Notes: generated from the letters alone by a model not told the origin. DNA of 64,000 nt from an uncultured Oscillospiraceae bacterium (GCA_964429705.1 CAYSDG010000002.1:5520-69519); one strand, 5' to 3'; shown: positions 18,049 to 27,083, counted from the stretch's first letter. Numbers and translations: made by a program.

Positions 18049-18097
18049 GCCGTCACCGATACAGCGAATTCCCCCTTTAAATAACTAAAAAATCATC

Positions 18098-18126
18098 TTG
18101 CTTTTTCCCATCGGATATGGTAATAT
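18098..18126 (+). promoter_or_regulatory. Promoter of the second T-box leader
   Basis: TTGCTT, 17-nt spacer, TAATAT. Confidence 0.5.
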
Positions 18127-18132
18127 GGTGCC

Positions 18133-18412
18133 AATTTAATAGCAAAGGCTGTGACGGAGAGGGCTCCGGGAATGCTTTTCAGAGAACCGGCGGTTGGTGT
18201 GAGCCGGAAAAGCGGAACCGTTTGCTTGTAGCTCCTGAGCCGGAGGGAAGAAACCGTCCGCCGGAAGTAGAACCCTCTCGTGATTGCCGCGTAAGAGCAT
18301 ATGGCTTGCTGGAGCCTGATGAGTGGCGCAGAGATGCGCAATTTGAGTGGTACCGCGGGTATGGAATACTCGTCTCAAAGATTACGATATCTTTGGGGCG
18401 AGTTTTGTTTTT
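18133..18412 (+). promoter_or_regulatory. T-box riboswitch leader 2
   Basis: K-turn GGCTGTGAC.../...CTGAGCC, AG bulge CAGAGAA, distal loop GGTTGGTGTGA. T-box sequence AATTTGAGTGGTACCGCGGG at 18340-18359. Terminator ACTCGTCTCAAAG/CTTTGGGGCGAGT plus TTTGTTTTT at 18368-18412. Confidence 0.85.
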
Positions 18413-18445
18413 CCCCAAAGGGATGCAAGCAGGAGGAGACCGCAT

Positions 18446-20737
18446 ATGAATCAGAAAATGACTGCCGGACTGGATCTGAAGCTGCTGGAGATCGCCGGGC
18501 GCATCCGGGATCTGCGGGAGATCGTTGGTCTGAGCGAGGAGGAGATGGCCCGGCGCACCGGTGTCACCCTGGCGGAATACCGCCAGTGCGAGGCCGCCGA
18601 GAGCGACCTGAACTTCGCCTTTATCTACCGCTGCGCCCAGGCCTTCGGCGTGGATGTCACCGACATCATCGAAGGCGCCAGCCCCCGGCTGAGCAATTAC
18701 ACCCTTACCCGCGCCGGAGAGGGCCAGCACATCGAGCAGGCCCACGGCATGACCTACTACAACATGGCTGCCCGCTTCAAAAAACGCGTGGCAGAGCCTC
18801 TGTACGTGGTGGCGGAGTACAGCGATGAGGCCCAGCTGCGCCCCATCGACGTGACCACCCACTCCGGACAGGAGTGCGACATCGTCCTCTCCGGCCAGCT
18901 GAAGGTCCAGGTGGGTGAGCACACGGAGATTTTGAATCCCGGCGACATCATCTACTATAATTCCACTGCCCCCCACGGCATGATCGCCACCGGCGGAAAG
19001 GACTGCGTCTTCTACGCCATCGTCCTCAACGGCGACGGCGAGGAGACCGCCCCCCAGAAGGAGCCGGCCCCCGCCCCCCGTCTCCAAAAGCCCGCCGAGC
19101 AGCGGGAGGAGCGGATCTGGGAGCAGTTTATCACCGTGGAGGAGAGTCCCGACGGCTCTCTGAAAAAGATCGACTTCAAGGACCCCGACCACTTTAACTT
19201 TGCCTTTGACGTGGTGGACGGCCTGGCCCGGCGCAAGCCCGACAAGCTGGCCATGGTCCACGTGGACCGCAACAAGGAGGAGCGCTTCTTCACCTTTGCC
19301 GATATGAGCCGCTACTCCAGCAAGGCCGCCAACTACTTCCAGTCCCTTGGCATCAAGCGGGGCGACCGGGTGCTGCTGATCCTGAAGCGGCACTATCAGT
19401 TCTGGTTCGCCATCCTGGGCCTGCATAAGCTGGGCGCTGTGGCGCTGCTGGCCAGCAATCAGATGCTGACCCACGACCTGGAATACCGCTATGAGGCCGC
19501 CGGGATCAGCGCCGTCATCTGTACCTCCAACGGAGAGGTCTCCCGCCACGCCGAGGCCGCCGCGGAAAAGTTCCCCGGCATGACCAAGATCATGGTGGAT
19601 GGCTGCCGGGAGGGCTGGCATGATTTTGACAACGAGTTCCGCATGTTCTCTGAGGATTTCATCCGCACCAAGGACGCCCCCTGCGGCGAGGACCTGATGC
19701 TGATGTTCTTCACCAGCGGCACCACCGGCTTCCCCAAGGCCGCTGCTCACTGCTACAAGTACCCCCTGGGCCACTTTATCACCGCCAGATACTGGCACTG
19801 CGTGGACCCCGACGGCCTGCACCTGACCATCTCCGACACCGGCTGGGCCAAGAGCATGTGGGGCAAGCTGTACGGCCAGTGGCTGAACGAGGCCGCCGTC
19901 TTCGTCTATGACTTCGACCGCTTCGATGCCGCCGACATCCTCCCCATGTTCGCCAAGCACCACATCACCACCTTCTGTGCGCCCCCCACCATGTACCGGA
20001 TGCTCATCAAGCAGGACATCAGCAAATACGACCTCAGCTCCATCCAGCACGCCACCATCGCAGGCGAGGCCCTGAACCCCGAGGTGTTCCACCAGTTCAA
20101 GAAGGCCACCGGTCTGAGCCTGATGGAGGGCTTTGGCCAGAGCGAGACCACCGTGATGATCGGCAACCTCATCGGCATGAGTCCCAAGATCGGCTCCATG
20201 GGCAAGCCCGTCCCCCTGTATCCTGTGGATCTGGTGGACAGCGACGGCAACAGTGTGCCGGACGGCCAGGTGGGTGAGATCGTCATCCGCGCCGACAAGA
20301 CCGACATCTGCGGCCTGTTCCGCGGCTACTATAACAACAGCGACAGTACCGATGCCGCCTGGCACGATGGCGTGTACCACACCGGTGACACCGCCTGGCG
20401 GGATGAGGACGGCTACTTCTGGTATGTTGGCCGGGTGGACGACCTCATCAAGTCCAGCGGCTACCGTATCGGGCCCTTTGAGATCGAATCCGTCATCATG
20501 GAGCTGCCCTACGTGCTGGAGTGCGGCGTCAGTGCCGCGCCGGACGAGGTCCGCGGCCAGGTGGTCAAGGCCAGTATCGTGCTGGTTCCCGGCACCGAGG
20601 GCACCGAGGAGCTGAAAAAGGAGATCCAGAACTACGTCAAGCAGCATACCGCGCCCTATAAATATCCCCGGATCATCGTCTTCCGGGACGAGCTGCCCAA
20701 GACGGTGAGCGGTAAGATCATTCGCAACAAACTGTGA
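18446..20737 (+). CDS. XRE-HTH + cupin + AMP-forming acyl-CoA synthetase fusion, paralog 2
   Basis: Same three-domain layout as 15722-17992: FFTSGTTGFPK, GFGQSET, YHTGDTAWRDEDGYFWYVGRVDDLIKSSGYRIGPFEIES, PKTVSGKIIRNKL. RBS AGGAGGAG upstream. Confidence 0.85.
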   Translation: MNQKMTAGLDLKLLEIAGRIRDLREIVGLSEEEMARRTGVTLAEYRQCEAAESDLNFAFIYRCAQAFGVDVTDIIEGASPRLSNYTLTRAGEGQHIEQAHGMTYYNMAARFKKRVAEPLYVVAEYSDEAQLRPIDVTTHSGQECDIVLSGQLKVQVGEHTEILNPGDIIYYNSTAPHGMIATGGKDCVFYAIVLNGDGEETAPQKEPAPAPRLQKPAEQREERIWEQFITVEESPDGSLKKIDFKDPDHFNFAFDVVDGLARRKPDKLAMVHVDRNKEERFFTFADMSRYSSKAANYFQSLGIKRGDRVLLILKRHYQFWFAILGLHKLGAVALLASNQMLTHDLEYRYEAAGISAVICTSNGEVSRHAEAAAEKFPGMTKIMVDGCREGWHDFDNEFRMFSEDFIRTKDAPCGEDLMLMFFTSGTTGFPKAAAHCYKYPLGHFITARYWHCVDPDGLHLTISDTGWAKSMWGKLYGQWLNEAAVFVYDFDRFDAADILPMFAKHHITTFCAPPTMYRMLIKQDISKYDLSSIQHATIAGEALNPEVFHQFKKATGLSLMEGFGQSETTVMIGNLIGMSPKIGSMGKPVPLYPVDLVDSDGNSVPDGQVGEIVIRADKTDICGLFRGYYNNSDSTDAAWHDGVYHTGDTAWRDEDGYFWYVGRVDDLIKSSGYRIGPFEIESVIMELPYVLECGVSAAPDEVRGQVVKASIVLVPGTEGTEELKKEIQNYVKQHTAPYKYPRIIVFRDELPKTVSGKIIRNKL

Positions 20738-20765
20738 GTTTCTGTTGGCCGACCGCGGTGGAAGG

Positions 20766-20791
20766 GTGTTCCGCGCCGGAGCGCGGAACAC
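20766..20791 (+). other. GC-rich hairpin between paralog 2 and the ATPase gene (weak terminator or processing site)
   Basis: GTGTTCCGCGC-cgga-GCGCGGAACAC followed by TCTTAAAAG. Confidence 0.35.
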
Positions 20792-20857
20792 TCTTAAAAG
20801 ACTATCGCCCAGATACCAACAATCGACTTTTACTCTTGAAAAAGAAAAGAGGTCACT

Positions 20858-21568
20858 ATGGACCACAAACGCATCACCCTCTTCGCCGGACACTACGGCT
20901 CCGGCAAAACCAACATCGCCGTCAACTACGCCCTCCATCTGGCACATCTGGGCAAACAGGTGGCCATCGCCGACCTGGACATCGTCAATCCCTACTTCCG
21001 CACCAAGGACAGCGCCCAGGAGCTGGCGGCGGCAGGCGTCGACCTGATCTCCCCCCAGTTTGCCAACAGCAATGTGGACCTTCCCGCCCTTCCGGCGGAG
21101 GCCTATCGTCTGGTGGAGAACCGCAGTCTCTTCTCCGTCATGGACATCGGCGGCGATGATCGGGGCGCCTACGCCCTGGGCCGCTATACGCCCTTTATCA
21201 AGGCGGAGAACAACTATCGGATGGCCTTTGTGGCCAACTGCTACCGCCCCCTGACCCGCACCCCGGCAGACGCGCTGGAGGTCATGCGGGAGATCGAGCT
21301 GGCCTGCGACCTCCCCTTTACCGACCTGGTCAACAACGCCAATCTGGCCCACGAGACTACCGCCCAGTCGGTACTGGACTCTCTGGACTTTATGGCGGAG
21401 TTGAGTCAGCTGAGCGGGCTGCCCATCTGGATGACCGCCGCAGAGGAGGCTGTGGCCTCTCAGCTGGCAGGGCAGATCGATGATCTGCTCCCCATGCAGC
21501 TGCAGGCAAAATACTTCGATCTGCCGGAGCAGCGCCGCGCCCCCGCGCCCCGCCCCATATTCGGGTAA
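20858..21568 (+). CDS. P-loop NTPase of the MinD/ParA/CooC-like (SIMIBI) type, function unknown
   Basis: N-terminal Walker A FAGHYGSGKTNIAVNYA and IADLDIVNPYF. No DNA-binding or membrane segment is seen. Confidence 0.65.
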   Translation: MDHKRITLFAGHYGSGKTNIAVNYALHLAHLGKQVAIADLDIVNPYFRTKDSAQELAAAGVDLISPQFANSNVDLPALPAEAYRLVENRSLFSVMDIGGDDRGAYALGRYTPFIKAENNYRMAFVANCYRPLTRTPADALEVMREIELACDLPFTDLVNNANLAHETTAQSVLDSLDFMAELSQLSGLPIWMTAAEEAVASQLAGQIDDLLPMQLQAKYFDLPEQRRAPAPRPIFG

Positions 21569-21631
21569 GACCGCCGGGCAGCTATCACTACGTTTATCCA
21601 TTCCATTTAGATATAAGAAGGAGGAATCCCC

Positions 21632-21838
21632 ATGGCAAAAGTCACATTTCTGACCGATCTCTGCAAGGGCTGCGGCCTGTGCGTGGAGGCCTGCCCCAAG
21701 GGCATCCTGGCCATTGCCGCCGGCAAGATCAACAAGAAGGGCTATTCCCCTGCGGAGATGACCGATCAGGACAAATGCGTCGGCTGCGCCTTCTGCGCCA
21801 CCATGTGCCCCGACTGCATCATCACCGTGGAAAAGTAA
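21632..21838 (+). CDS. 2-oxoacid:ferredoxin oxidoreductase delta subunit (2x[4Fe-4S] ferredoxin)
   Basis: Two CxxCxxCxxxCP motifs (CKGCGLCVEACP, CVGCAFCATMCP) in 68 aa. Confidence 0.9.
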   Translation: MAKVTFLTDLCKGCGLCVEACPKGILAIAAGKINKKGYSPAEMTDQDKCVGCAFCATMCPDCIITVEK

Positions 21839-21849
21839 GGAGGTAGACT

Positions 21850-22911
21850 ATGGCAGAGAGAGTTTTGATGAAGGGCAATGAAGCCATTGCCGAAGCCGCC
21901 ATCCGGGCCGGCTGCCGCCACTATTTTGGCTATCCCATCACCCCCCAGACGGAGGTTGCCGCCTATATGGCCAAGAAGCTTCCCAAGATCGGCGGCGTAT
22001 TCCTGCAGGCGGAGAGTGAGATCGCATCCATCAACATGGTCTACGGCGCTGCCGCCACCGGCACCCGCGTGATGACCTCCTCCTCCAGCCCCGGAATCAG
22101 CCTGATGAGCGAGGGCCTCAGCTATATCGCCGGCTCCGACGTTCCCGCCTTTGTGGTGAACGTTCAGCGCGGCGGCCCCGGTCTGGGCGGTATCCAGCCC
22201 AGCCAGAGCGACTATTTCCAGGCCACCAAGGGCGGCGGGCACGGCGACTACCGCATGATCGTGCTGGCTCCCGCCTCCGTACAGGAGATGGCCAGCCTGA
22301 CTATCAAGGGTCTCAACCTGGCGGACAAATACCTGATGACCAGCATGATCCTGGCTGACGGCACCATCGGCCAGATGATGGAGCCCATCTCCTTCGAGGA
22401 CGCCGAGATCGAGACCTATGACAAACCCTGGGCGCTCACCGGCACCAATATGGAGCGCAAGCACAACATCGTCAACTCCCTGTACCTGAAGCCCGACGAG
22501 CTGGAGGCCAAGAACTTCGAGCGCTATGAGCGCTATCGTCTGGTAGAGGAAAACGAACCCATGTGGGAGGAGTACATGATGGAGGATGCCGAATACTGTG
22601 TGGTAGCCTTCGGCATCGCCGCCCGCGTGGCCAAGAACGCCGTGGTTGCCGCCCGCAGCGAGGGCATCAAGGTGGGCATGATCCGCCCCATCACCCTGTG
22701 GCCCTTCCCCAAGAAGGCCCTGCGCGCCGCTGCCGACCAGGTGAAATCCTTCATCTCTGTTGAGCTGAGCATGGGTCAAATGATCGAGGACATCCGCCTG
22801 GCCACCGAGTGCAAAAAGCCCGTCAGTCTCTGCAACCGGGCGGGCGGCATGATCCCCAGCCCCGAGCAGGTGCTGGAGAGCATCCGCAAGGCACAGAAAG
22901 GAGAGAACTGA
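21850..22911 (+). CDS. 2-oxoacid:ferredoxin oxidoreductase alpha subunit (VOR/KOR type)
   Basis: MKGNEAIAEAAIRAGCRHYFGYPITPQTE N-terminus typical of the family. Operon context. Confidence 0.9.
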   Translation: MAERVLMKGNEAIAEAAIRAGCRHYFGYPITPQTEVAAYMAKKLPKIGGVFLQAESEIASINMVYGAAATGTRVMTSSSSPGISLMSEGLSYIAGSDVPAFVVNVQRGGPGLGGIQPSQSDYFQATKGGGHGDYRMIVLAPASVQEMASLTIKGLNLADKYLMTSMILADGTIGQMMEPISFEDAEIETYDKPWALTGTNMERKHNIVNSLYLKPDELEAKNFERYERYRLVEENEPMWEEYMMEDAEYCVVAFGIAARVAKNAVVAARSEGIKVGMIRPITLWPFPKKALRAAADQVKSFISVELSMGQMIEDIRLATECKKPVSLCNRAGGMIPSPEQVLESIRKAQKGEN

Positions 22912-22912
22912 T

Positions 22913-23674
22913 ATGGCCATCGTTTTTCAGAAGCCCCACGCACTGACTGACGCAGTGCTGCACTATTGCCCCGGCTGCCCCCACGGCATCATCCACCGCC
23001 TGGTGGCTGAAGCTATCGACGATCTGGGCATCGAGGGCAAGGCCATCGGCGTGGCCCCCGTCGGCTGCGCGGTGATGGCTTACGACTACTTCACCTGCGA
23101 CATGATCGAGGCCGCCCACGGCCGCGCTCCCGCCACCGCCACCGGCATCAAGCGCTGCCGCCCCGACAACATCGTGTTCACCTATCAGGGCGACGGCGAT
23201 CTGGCCTCCATCGGTATGGCAGAGACGGTCCACGCCGCAGCCCGCAATGAGAACATCACCATCATCTTCGTCAACAACGCCATCTACGGCATGACCGGCG
23301 GCCAGATGGCCCCCACCAGCCTCCCCGGTCAGGTCACCCAGACCAGCCCCTACGGCCGTGATGTCAAGCACTGCGGCTGGCCCATCCGGGTCTGCGAGAT
23401 GCTCTCCACGCTGGAGGGTCCCGAGTATGTGGCCCGCGTGGCAGTGAACAACGTCAAGAACGTCAATGCCGCCAAGAAGGCCATCAAGAAGGCTTTCCAG
23501 AACCAGGTGGAGGGCAAGGGTTTCTCCCTGATCGAGGTCGTTTCCGCCTGTCCCACCAACTGGGGTATGACCCCCCAGCAGGCACTGGAGTGGGTGGAGA
23601 GCGATATGATCCCCTACTACCCCCTGGGCGTCTACAAGGACCGGACCGATGCAAAGGAGGCTGAGGCAAAATGA
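22913..23674 (+). CDS. 2-oxoacid:ferredoxin oxidoreductase beta subunit (TPP-binding)
   Basis: YCPGCPHG Cys motif and TPP motif GDGDLASIGMAE...NNAIYGMTGGQ. Confidence 0.9.
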   Translation: MAIVFQKPHALTDAVLHYCPGCPHGIIHRLVAEAIDDLGIEGKAIGVAPVGCAVMAYDYFTCDMIEAAHGRAPATATGIKRCRPDNIVFTYQGDGDLASIGMAETVHAAARNENITIIFVNNAIYGMTGGQMAPTSLPGQVTQTSPYGRDVKHCGWPIRVCEMLSTLEGPEYVARVAVNNVKNVNAAKKAIKKAFQNQVEGKGFSLIEVVSACPTNWGMTPQQALEWVESDMIPYYPLGVYKDRTDAKEAEAK

Positions 23675-24210
23675 AAACGACACAGATCCTGATCGCTGGC
23701 TTTGGCGGCCAGGGCATCCTGTTCGCCGGCAAGTTCCTGGCCTACAAGGGCCTTCTGGAGGACCTGCAGGTCTCCTGGCTGCCCAGCTACGGCCCCGAGA
23801 TGCGCGGCGGCACCGCCAACTGCAATGTCATCCTTTCCGACGATCCCGTGGGCTCCCCCATCGTCACCAGCCCCGACGTACTCATCGCCATGAACCTGCC
23901 CAGCCTGCAGAAATACGTGGACACCGTGGTACCCGGCGGCCAGATCTATGTGGACTCCACCCTCATCGCCGAGAAGGTGACACGTACCGATGTGGAGGTC
24001 TACTACATCCCCGCCACCGCCATGGCCAAGGAGGCGGGTGTCAGCACCCTGGCCAACATGATCATCATGGGCCACCTGCTGCAGAACAACAACCAGCTGT
24101 CCTTCGAGGGCGCGCAGGTCACCGTGGAGAAGCTGGTCCCCGCCAAAAAGCAGGAGCTGGTTGGCCTGAACATGAAGGCACTGGAAGCAGGCCGCGACTA
24201 TAAGGGCTGA
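23671..24210 (+). CDS. 2-oxoacid:ferredoxin oxidoreductase gamma subunit
   Basis: [18 protein letters not shown]-terminus. Its start overlaps the beta-subunit stop by 4 nt. Confidence 0.9.
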   Translation: MKTTQILIAGFGGQGILFAGKFLAYKGLLEDLQVSWLPSYGPEMRGGTANCNVILSDDPVGSPIVTSPDVLIAMNLPSLQKYVDTVVPGGQIYVDSTLIAEKVTRTDVEVYYIPATAMAKEAGVSTLANMIIMGHLLQNNNQLSFEGAQVTVEKLVPAKKQELVGLNMKALEAGRDYKG

Positions 24211-24213
24211 GCT

Positions 24214-25002
24214 ATGAAAATTTCCTGTATTCAGATGGATATGCGCCTGGGCGAGGTGGACTACAACTTCGCCCACGCCCAGGCCCTCATCCGGGAAACG
24301 GTGGCGCGGGAGCACAGCGATGTGGTGGTCCTGCCCGAGACCTGGAACACCGGCTTCTTCCCCGCGGATCTGGCCCCCTGTGCCGACGAGGATGGCCGAC
24401 GCACCAAGGAGACTTTCTCCGCCCTGGCCAGGGAGCTGAGCGTGAATATCGTCTGCGGCAGCGTTGCCACCAAAAAGGCCTGCGGCTTCTGCAACACCGC
24501 CTATGTCTTTGACCGCAGCGGCACGGTGATCGCGGAATACGACAAGACCCACCTCTTCACCCCCAGCGGTGAGCACCACAGTTTCACCCCCGGCTCCCAC
24601 ACCTGCAGCTTCATGCTGGAGGGCCGCAAGTGCGCCCTCATCATCTGTTATGACATTCGCTTTCCCGAGCTGACCCGCACCTGCACGCTGCAGGGCGTGG
24701 ATCTGCTGTTTGTGGTGGCCCAGTGGCCCGACAAGCGCTCCATGCACCTGGACACCCTGGCCCGGGCCAGAGCCATTGAGAACCAGATGTTCCTGGCCCT
24801 GTGCAACAGCGTCGGCACCGCCGGTCAGACCCGCTGCGGCGGCCACAGCGCCCTTATCGACCCCTGGGGCGAGTATCTGGCCCAGGCGGGCGAGAACGAG
24901 GAGGTCATCACCGGTCAGCTGGACTTCAGCACGATCGAGGGCATCCGCTCCTCCATCAATGTCTTCCGGGACAGGCGCCCGGAGCTCTACTGCGTCAACT
25001 AA
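24214..25002 (+). CDS. Carbon-nitrogen hydrolase family protein (omega-amidase/Nit2/YafV-like)
   Basis: Glu-Lys-Cys triad context: VVLPETWNTGF, EYDKTHLF, LIICYDIRFPE. Confidence 0.8.
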   Translation: MKISCIQMDMRLGEVDYNFAHAQALIRETVAREHSDVVVLPETWNTGFFPADLAPCADEDGRRTKETFSALARELSVNIVCGSVATKKACGFCNTAYVFDRSGTVIAEYDKTHLFTPSGEHHSFTPGSHTCSFMLEGRKCALIICYDIRFPELTRTCTLQGVDLLFVVAQWPDKRSMHLDTLARARAIENQMFLALCNSVGTAGQTRCGGHSALIDPWGEYLAQAGENEEVITGQLDFSTIEGIRSSINVFRDRRPELYCVN

Positions 25003-25030
25003 ACAAAACATAAGAAAGGCGGCAATCACC

Positions 25031-26107
25031 ATGTCTTACACCTTCCCTGTCACCCGCACCACCACCCCCAAGGCAAAGCCCGACCAGAGCAACCTGGGCT
25101 TCGGCAAGTATTTCACTGACCACATGTTCATCATGGACTACGACGAGGGCCAGGGCTGGCACGACGGTCGCATCGTCCCCTACGCTCCCATCAGCCTGGA
25201 CCCCGGCTCCGCTGTGCTGCACTACGCCCAGATGATGTTCGAGGGCATGAAGGCCTACCTCACTCCCGACGGTAAGGTCAACCTCTTCCGCCCCTACATG
25301 AACGCCGCCCGCATCAACCGCTCCGGCGAGCGCATGTGCTTCCCCCACCTGGATGAGGACCTGTTCGTTGATGCGGTGAAGTCCATCGTGCAGACGGATG
25401 CCGACTGGATCCCCAGCCACCCCGGCACCGCCCTGTACATCCGTCCCTACATGATCGCTGACGAGGTCAGCTTCTCCGTGGAGCCCGCCAAGCACTGCCT
25501 GTTCATCATCATCCTGTGCGCTGTGGGTGCCTACTACGACATCAACCGCGGCGGCCTGACCGGCAGCCACATCTATGTGGAGGATGAGTACATCCGCGCC
25601 GCCAAGGGCGGCACCGGCTTTGCCAAGTGCGGCGGCAACTACGCCGGCGGTATGCGCGCCACCAAGAAGGCTCTGGAGAACGGCTGCAAGGAGGTCCTGT
25701 GGCTGGATGCCAGAGAGCACAAGTATGTAGAGGAGGTCGGCACCTCCAACGCCTTCTTCATGATCGGCGATAAGATCATCACCGCTCCCCTGGGCGGCTC
25801 CATCCTGCCCGGCGTCACCCGTGACAGCACCATCACCCTGCTGCGCAAGTGGGGCTACAACGTGGTGGAGCGCCTGCTGAGCATCGACGAGGTGGAGGCA
25901 GCCAGCAAGGACGGCAGCCTGAAGGAGGCTTGGGCCACCGGCACCGCCTGCGTCATCTCCCCCATCGGCTATCTGAAGTACCAGGGCCGCGACATCGTCA
26001 TCAACGGCGGCGATGTTGGCCCCGTCAGCCAGAAGCTGTATGACACCATCTACGGCATGCAGACCGGCGTGGTGGCAGACGATATGGACTGGATCGTTCA
26101 GCTGTAA
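25031..26107 (+). CDS. ilvE: Branched-chain amino acid aminotransferase
   Basis: 358 aa class IV aminotransferase: GFGKYFTDHMF, LHYAQMMFEGMKAY, AKGGTGFAKCGGNYA, GVTRDS. The track ORF's upstream extension lies in non-coding-looking sequence. Confidence 0.92.
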   Translation: MSYTFPVTRTTTPKAKPDQSNLGFGKYFTDHMFIMDYDEGQGWHDGRIVPYAPISLDPGSAVLHYAQMMFEGMKAYLTPDGKVNLFRPYMNAARINRSGERMCFPHLDEDLFVDAVKSIVQTDADWIPSHPGTALYIRPYMIADEVSFSVEPAKHCLFIIILCAVGAYYDINRGGLTGSHIYVEDEYIRAAKGGTGFAKCGGNYAGGMRATKKALENGCKEVLWLDAREHKYVEEVGTSNAFFMIGDKIITAPLGGSILPGVTRDSTITLLRKWGYNVVERLLSIDEVEAASKDGSLKEAWATGTACVISPIGYLKYQGRDIVINGGDVGPVSQKLYDTIYGMQTGVVADDMDWIVQL

Positions 26108-26132
26108 ATATCCCAAAAAACACAGAGCAAAG

Positions 26133-26164
26133 ACCGCCGCCGGAGTATCCGGCGGCGGTTTTTG
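26133..26164 (+). terminator. Intrinsic terminator after ilvE
   Basis: ACCGCCGCCGG-agtat-CCGGCGGCGGT followed by TTTTT. Confidence 0.8.
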
Positions 26165-26243
26165 CTCTTGCACCAAACGAGAAAGCCCCCTCCGGAGCAG
26201 TCGCTCCGGAGGGGGTACATTTTCTTTATGCTCGGAATAGGCC

Positions 26244-27071
26244 TTAGAGACCCGCCAGAGGTGTCAGGAAATCGCAGACCTGCTGGCAAATATCCAAACG
26301 ATGATCTGAGAAGAAGTGATCCGTCGGATACACACGCGCCTCGATCTGTGTGCCGCCAGCGGCCTTCACCGCGCGCACCACCGGGTCAACATTCTGCTCG
26401 GGCGGCGTATAGATGTCGAGGCTGCCGCCAAAGCACAGCACAGGCTTTTTCGCCAGTTGCTCTCCCAGATTCTCCAGACGGAAGCATTCACTGTTTTCCA
26501 TGGTCTCCCGTTCCAGCGCCTCCGCGCTGGTACCGGTCAGCCAGGGTGCGCTGTCCACCAGGATCTCCCGGAGAATGGCCGCTCGCTTCGGGTCCTCCTG
26601 ATCCAGCACCGGCAGTCGGCCAATGTTGCAGGGCATCATCAGCACACCGGCCTTGACCTCCGGGCGGTGCGCGGTCAGCTGACCGCAGACAAAGCCGCCC
26701 AGGCTGTGGCCCACCGCATAGATGCGGTCCTTGTCGATGTTGAAGCGCTCATCCTGCAGCATATAGTCCAGGACGGTATTGGCATCCTCCAGGTCATTGC
26801 TCAGCGAGTAGTCGCCATCGCTGCCCCAGCAGCCGCTGTAGTGGGTGGTCATGACATGGAAGCCGCAGCGGCGCAGGGCCAGCACCACATCCAGCCCCTG
26901 CTCACAGCCGGGGATACCGTGCAGGAACAGAACAGCGGGATGGGGACCGGGGCCTCCGGCTGTGTAGAGGACAGAGAGTAGACAGCCACGGCGGCCGGGG
27001 ATCAAAACACCATTGGTATCCGGACGACAGGGTACGTCACCGAATCTCGTTTCACGACAATTGTTTTCCAT
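26244..27071 (-). CDS. Alpha/beta hydrolase
   Basis: Nucleophile elbow GHSLGG, with HG oxyanion region LFLHGIPG upstream. Confidence 0.8.
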   Translation of the reverse strand: MENNCRETRFGDVPCRPDTNGVLIPGRRGCLLSVLYTAGGPGPHPAVLFLHGIPGCEQGLDVVLALRRCGFHVMTTHYSGCWGSDGDYSLSNDLEDANTVLDYMLQDERFNIDKDRIYAVGHSLGGFVCGQLTAHRPEVKAGVLMMPCNIGRLPVLDQEDPKRAAILREILVDSAPWLTGTSAEALERETMENSECFRLENLGEQLAKKPVLCFGGSLDIYTPPEQNVDPVVRAVKAAGGTQIEARVYPTDHFFSDHRLDICQQVCDFLTPLAGL

Positions 27072-27083
27072 GGGGCACCCCGC

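Noticed and set aside
18179-21601. A 1140-aa minus-strand ORF, plus similar giants at 15689-18019 (-), 8317-10035 (-), 40089-43412 (+), 53753-55660 (-), 50263-52278 (-) and 57897-59948 (-).
   Set aside because: They lie antisense to genes with clear family motifs and translate to low-complexity Gly/Ala/Arg/His-rich sequence. These are typical stop-codon-poor shadow frames of high-GC DNA.
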